A DNA stretch of 64,000 bases from Cenococcum geophilum (lineage: Eukaryota), in NCBI GenBank assembly GCA_050273025.1, contig CP158636.1, positions 12,276,001-12,340,000 on the forward strand, read 5' to 3'. Position 1 is the first letter of the stretch. Every line of letters starts with the position of its first letter. The position numbers and the translations under genes were made by a program. Shown in pieces: positions 61,936 through 64,000 of this stretch. The notes below the pieces were generated by a model. That model made no database searches and was not told the DNA's origin. It was given only the letters and a program-made list of their open reading frames with translations.

Positions 61936-62494
61936 AATAATTATTTATTACTTAACATCCGATTTGGATCCCTATTGGGCCCACGCGGACTACTCCTTAT
62001 TTATATATAGGGAGAAAACTCTATTCAGGAAAACCCCGTAATCTATCTCCCCGCCTTTTAGGACTTACCTACTTAGCGCCTATAAGTTACCTATAGTGCT
62101 CTACTACCTTACTTTTTGACCTCTTTAGGAACTACTGCTGCCGTAATAAGCCTACGGACGCGCTAGTATCGTAAACTTAACTCTACTACTGTAAAGTTAT
62201 TAGGGGGCGCCTAATACTCGCCCCTTTGCCTTTTATTGCTATTTCCTTTGCAACCTAGAACTGGTCTAGTACATTTTGGCTAATAAGCTACTGGGTAACC
62301 GCCTTAAGACCTTTTTATATTAAGAGTAGTATATTATAGTTCTCTGTGCTAGCTGCTAAGAGTATTACTTTTCGGTTAGTATATAAGGGATATAACAGCC
62401 TGAGTATTATATATTTTAGTGTCTGTTTTAGCTAGCCATATTTATATCTTAGGCTACCTATTAGGACACCTACCTAGTAGAGCCAATCTTTTAG
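61936..62494 (-). mobile_element. Non-LTR retrotransposon (Tad1-like LINE) 3' end
   Basis: De-RIPed LKDWLYRVGVP..SPRCECGWPKQTPKHII...CPLH...AAGTEDY..LLST.KGLKAVTQWLI...VLDQF (ORF2 C-terminal CCHC region), then a 3' UTR and a TAA-rich tail at ~61936-61952. Confidence 0.75.
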
Positions 62495-62705
62495 TGTTGG
62501 AACGTTAATTATGTAACATAGTTACGGGACCACGTAGTGAGGTTAGCTAACCTGACCTTGGAGCAACCCCTTACTTCTAGTAAAAACAATTAACTACTAA
62601 CTTTAACACCGCATATATACCACTATAAGTAATATTCGTGCATGTTAATAAAGCGAGTATACTAACACTAATTAGTAAACGTATAGATTAGGAAATATGT
62701 AATAG

Positions 62706-63005
62706 CAAAGCTTAAAATTACGCATTAGCTTAACTGCTAACGCGTTAGATTGTAGAGCTATTACCCTATTTTAGTTAAAGGAGAAAGCTATGTTACCCTT
62801 AAAGCTCAAGACCACGTATTAGCTTACTAACGCGTAAGATCGCCTAGAGAATTATATTTTTACTTAGAGAGAGCTACGTTACCCCTTAAAGCTTAAGACT
62901 ATATATTAACTTAACTGTTAACGCGTTAGATCGCCTAGAGGACCTTAAAGCTTAAGACTACGTATTAACTTAACTACTAACGCGTAAGATCGCCTAGAGG
63001 ACCAT
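62706..63005. repeat. Imperfect tandem repeats (4 units, core AAAGCTTAAGACCACGTATTAGCTTAACTGCTAACGCGTTAGATCGCCTAGAG) in the Copia-2 leader
   Basis: Units start near 62707, 62800, 62888 and 62947. Confidence 0.85.
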
Positions 63006-63183
63006 ATCTTTACTAAGAATCGTCTTTAGTCTTTAGTCTTTAAAAACTGTAGATTTGTTAAGGGGACACGTATATACCCTTACACTTTTACCTTTATACC
63101 CCCGACCTTAACCTTAACCTTAACCTTAACCTTAACCTTAACTTCTAAATAACGACTACCCTTATATACAAAGACATAATAAT

Positions 63184-64000
63184 ATAGAAATTAACTGGAA
63201 GGAAAGAATTGCTAAATACGGCTACGGAATTAACTTAGAGACGGCTATGGATAATAATCTAGCGGAGTATATAGAAACTAAGATGCACCTATATATACGG
63301 TATAACCTTACAGACTTTTTACTGTAGACAGTATATTAGGAAGACTTTAAAGACTTTATGCTAGAGCTCTTTAAATAAGTACAATCTAAAACTAGAGTGG
63401 GAATCCGTAACTACCTAGTTAAGAGAGGAGTATATATTGTTAAGTAAGATAAGAGGCATACCCTTAGCAAGGTGCTGACGGACGTCGCCTATAAAGAAGA
63501 GTTTTATAAATAGATAGACGAGGAGCTTATCGCGGCCCTTGTAGAGGTAAAGCTAATAATTATAACAACTCTGTAAAACTAACTTAATTTAACCTTAGAT
63601 AAGCTTGCTATACCTCTAGCCCCACTACTAGGTACTTTACTAACTCTACCAGCTATTCTAGCCGCTGTACTACTAGCTACTCCGGTTGCTATACCGCCAG
63701 CTACCCCAATTGCAGCACCACCAGCTACCCCGGTCACTGCCCCCGTTACCCCTACTACCCCCCTTAGATCTACTCTAATTACTATACCGCCAGCTACTCT
63801 AATCGCTACCCCTACTAACTTCGCTACCCCTTCCGGTTCTTAATCCTTTAATTATAACTAAATCTACGCTCTTATTAACTAACTGCTATAGCTAAAAGAG
63901 CAGTAACTATAGTAGCTATAGCAACCGCAGCAGCTATATATATATATATTACCCGAACTAGCTATGCCTAGCATAAAGCAAGGACCTAAGCAAGGATCTA
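63184..64000 (+). pseudogene. Copia-2 gag N-terminus with Pro/Ala/Thr and Gln/Pro repeats
   Basis: EINWKERIAKYGYGI...DFSLWTVYQEDFKDF...IRDHLVKRGVYI, followed by PPATPIAAPPATPVTAPVTP. Start codon approximate. Confidence 0.7.

Larger units (their letters stand above)
62495..64000 (+). mobile_element. Second Copia family (Copia-2, GalEa-like): 5' LTR 62495-62667, repeat-rich leader, gag start; runs off the window
   Basis: TGTTGG...ACTAACA termini followed by CTAATTAGT. gag similar to Copia-1b (LW..(Y/F).EDF......R..L...GVY). Confidence 0.78.

Noticed and set aside
62706..63005. CRISPR-like repeat-spacer array
   Set aside because: The spacers are themselves related or absent, the context is a eukaryotic retrotransposon leader, and there are no cas genes.
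63105..63144. (CCTTAA)n tract resembling a telomeric repeat
   Set aside because: The unit is CCTTAA, not CCCTAA. It begins GACCTT, suggesting a RIPed GACCTT/GACCTC unit, and it lies inside the Copia-2 leader.
1..64000. Alternative genetic code (TAA/TAG = Gln) or an organellar/AT-rich microbial genome
   Set aside because: Stops fall at Gln, Trp and Arg positions and differ between copies, alongside many other C>T/G>A changes. This is the RIP pattern, not codon reassignment.

Overview
AT-rich block of filamentous-ascomycete heterochromatin made almost entirely of nested transposable elements, all inactivated by repeat-induced point mutation (RIP; C>T/G>A changes, TpA excess, CpA/TpG loss). No intact host gene, RNA gene or CRISPR array is visible. 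Read by eye with LTR and TSD matching, it contains: seven copies or fragments of one ~8 kb chromodomain Ty3/Gypsy family (called G1 here, LTRs 421-427 bp); one internally deleted element of a second chromoviral family (G2, 4982-43095) that hosts a four-level nest (G2 > G1-c > Copia > G1-d); three Ty1/Copia elements of GalEa type; a third Gypsy integrase fragment; a pogo/Fot1 transposase 3' end next to a probable captured host-gene fragment; a Tad1-like LINE 3' end; and a 300-bp non-RIPed, hairpin-rich insert. The main discovery candidate is that both Gypsy families carry, between pol and the 3' LTR and on the antisense strand, an intron-containing accessory gene whose de-RIPed product has a six-cysteine Zn(II)2Cys6-like motif. 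The G2 gene can be reassembled in frame from exons spread over 35 kb. All protein readings are manual de-RIP reconstructions; no database search was run.
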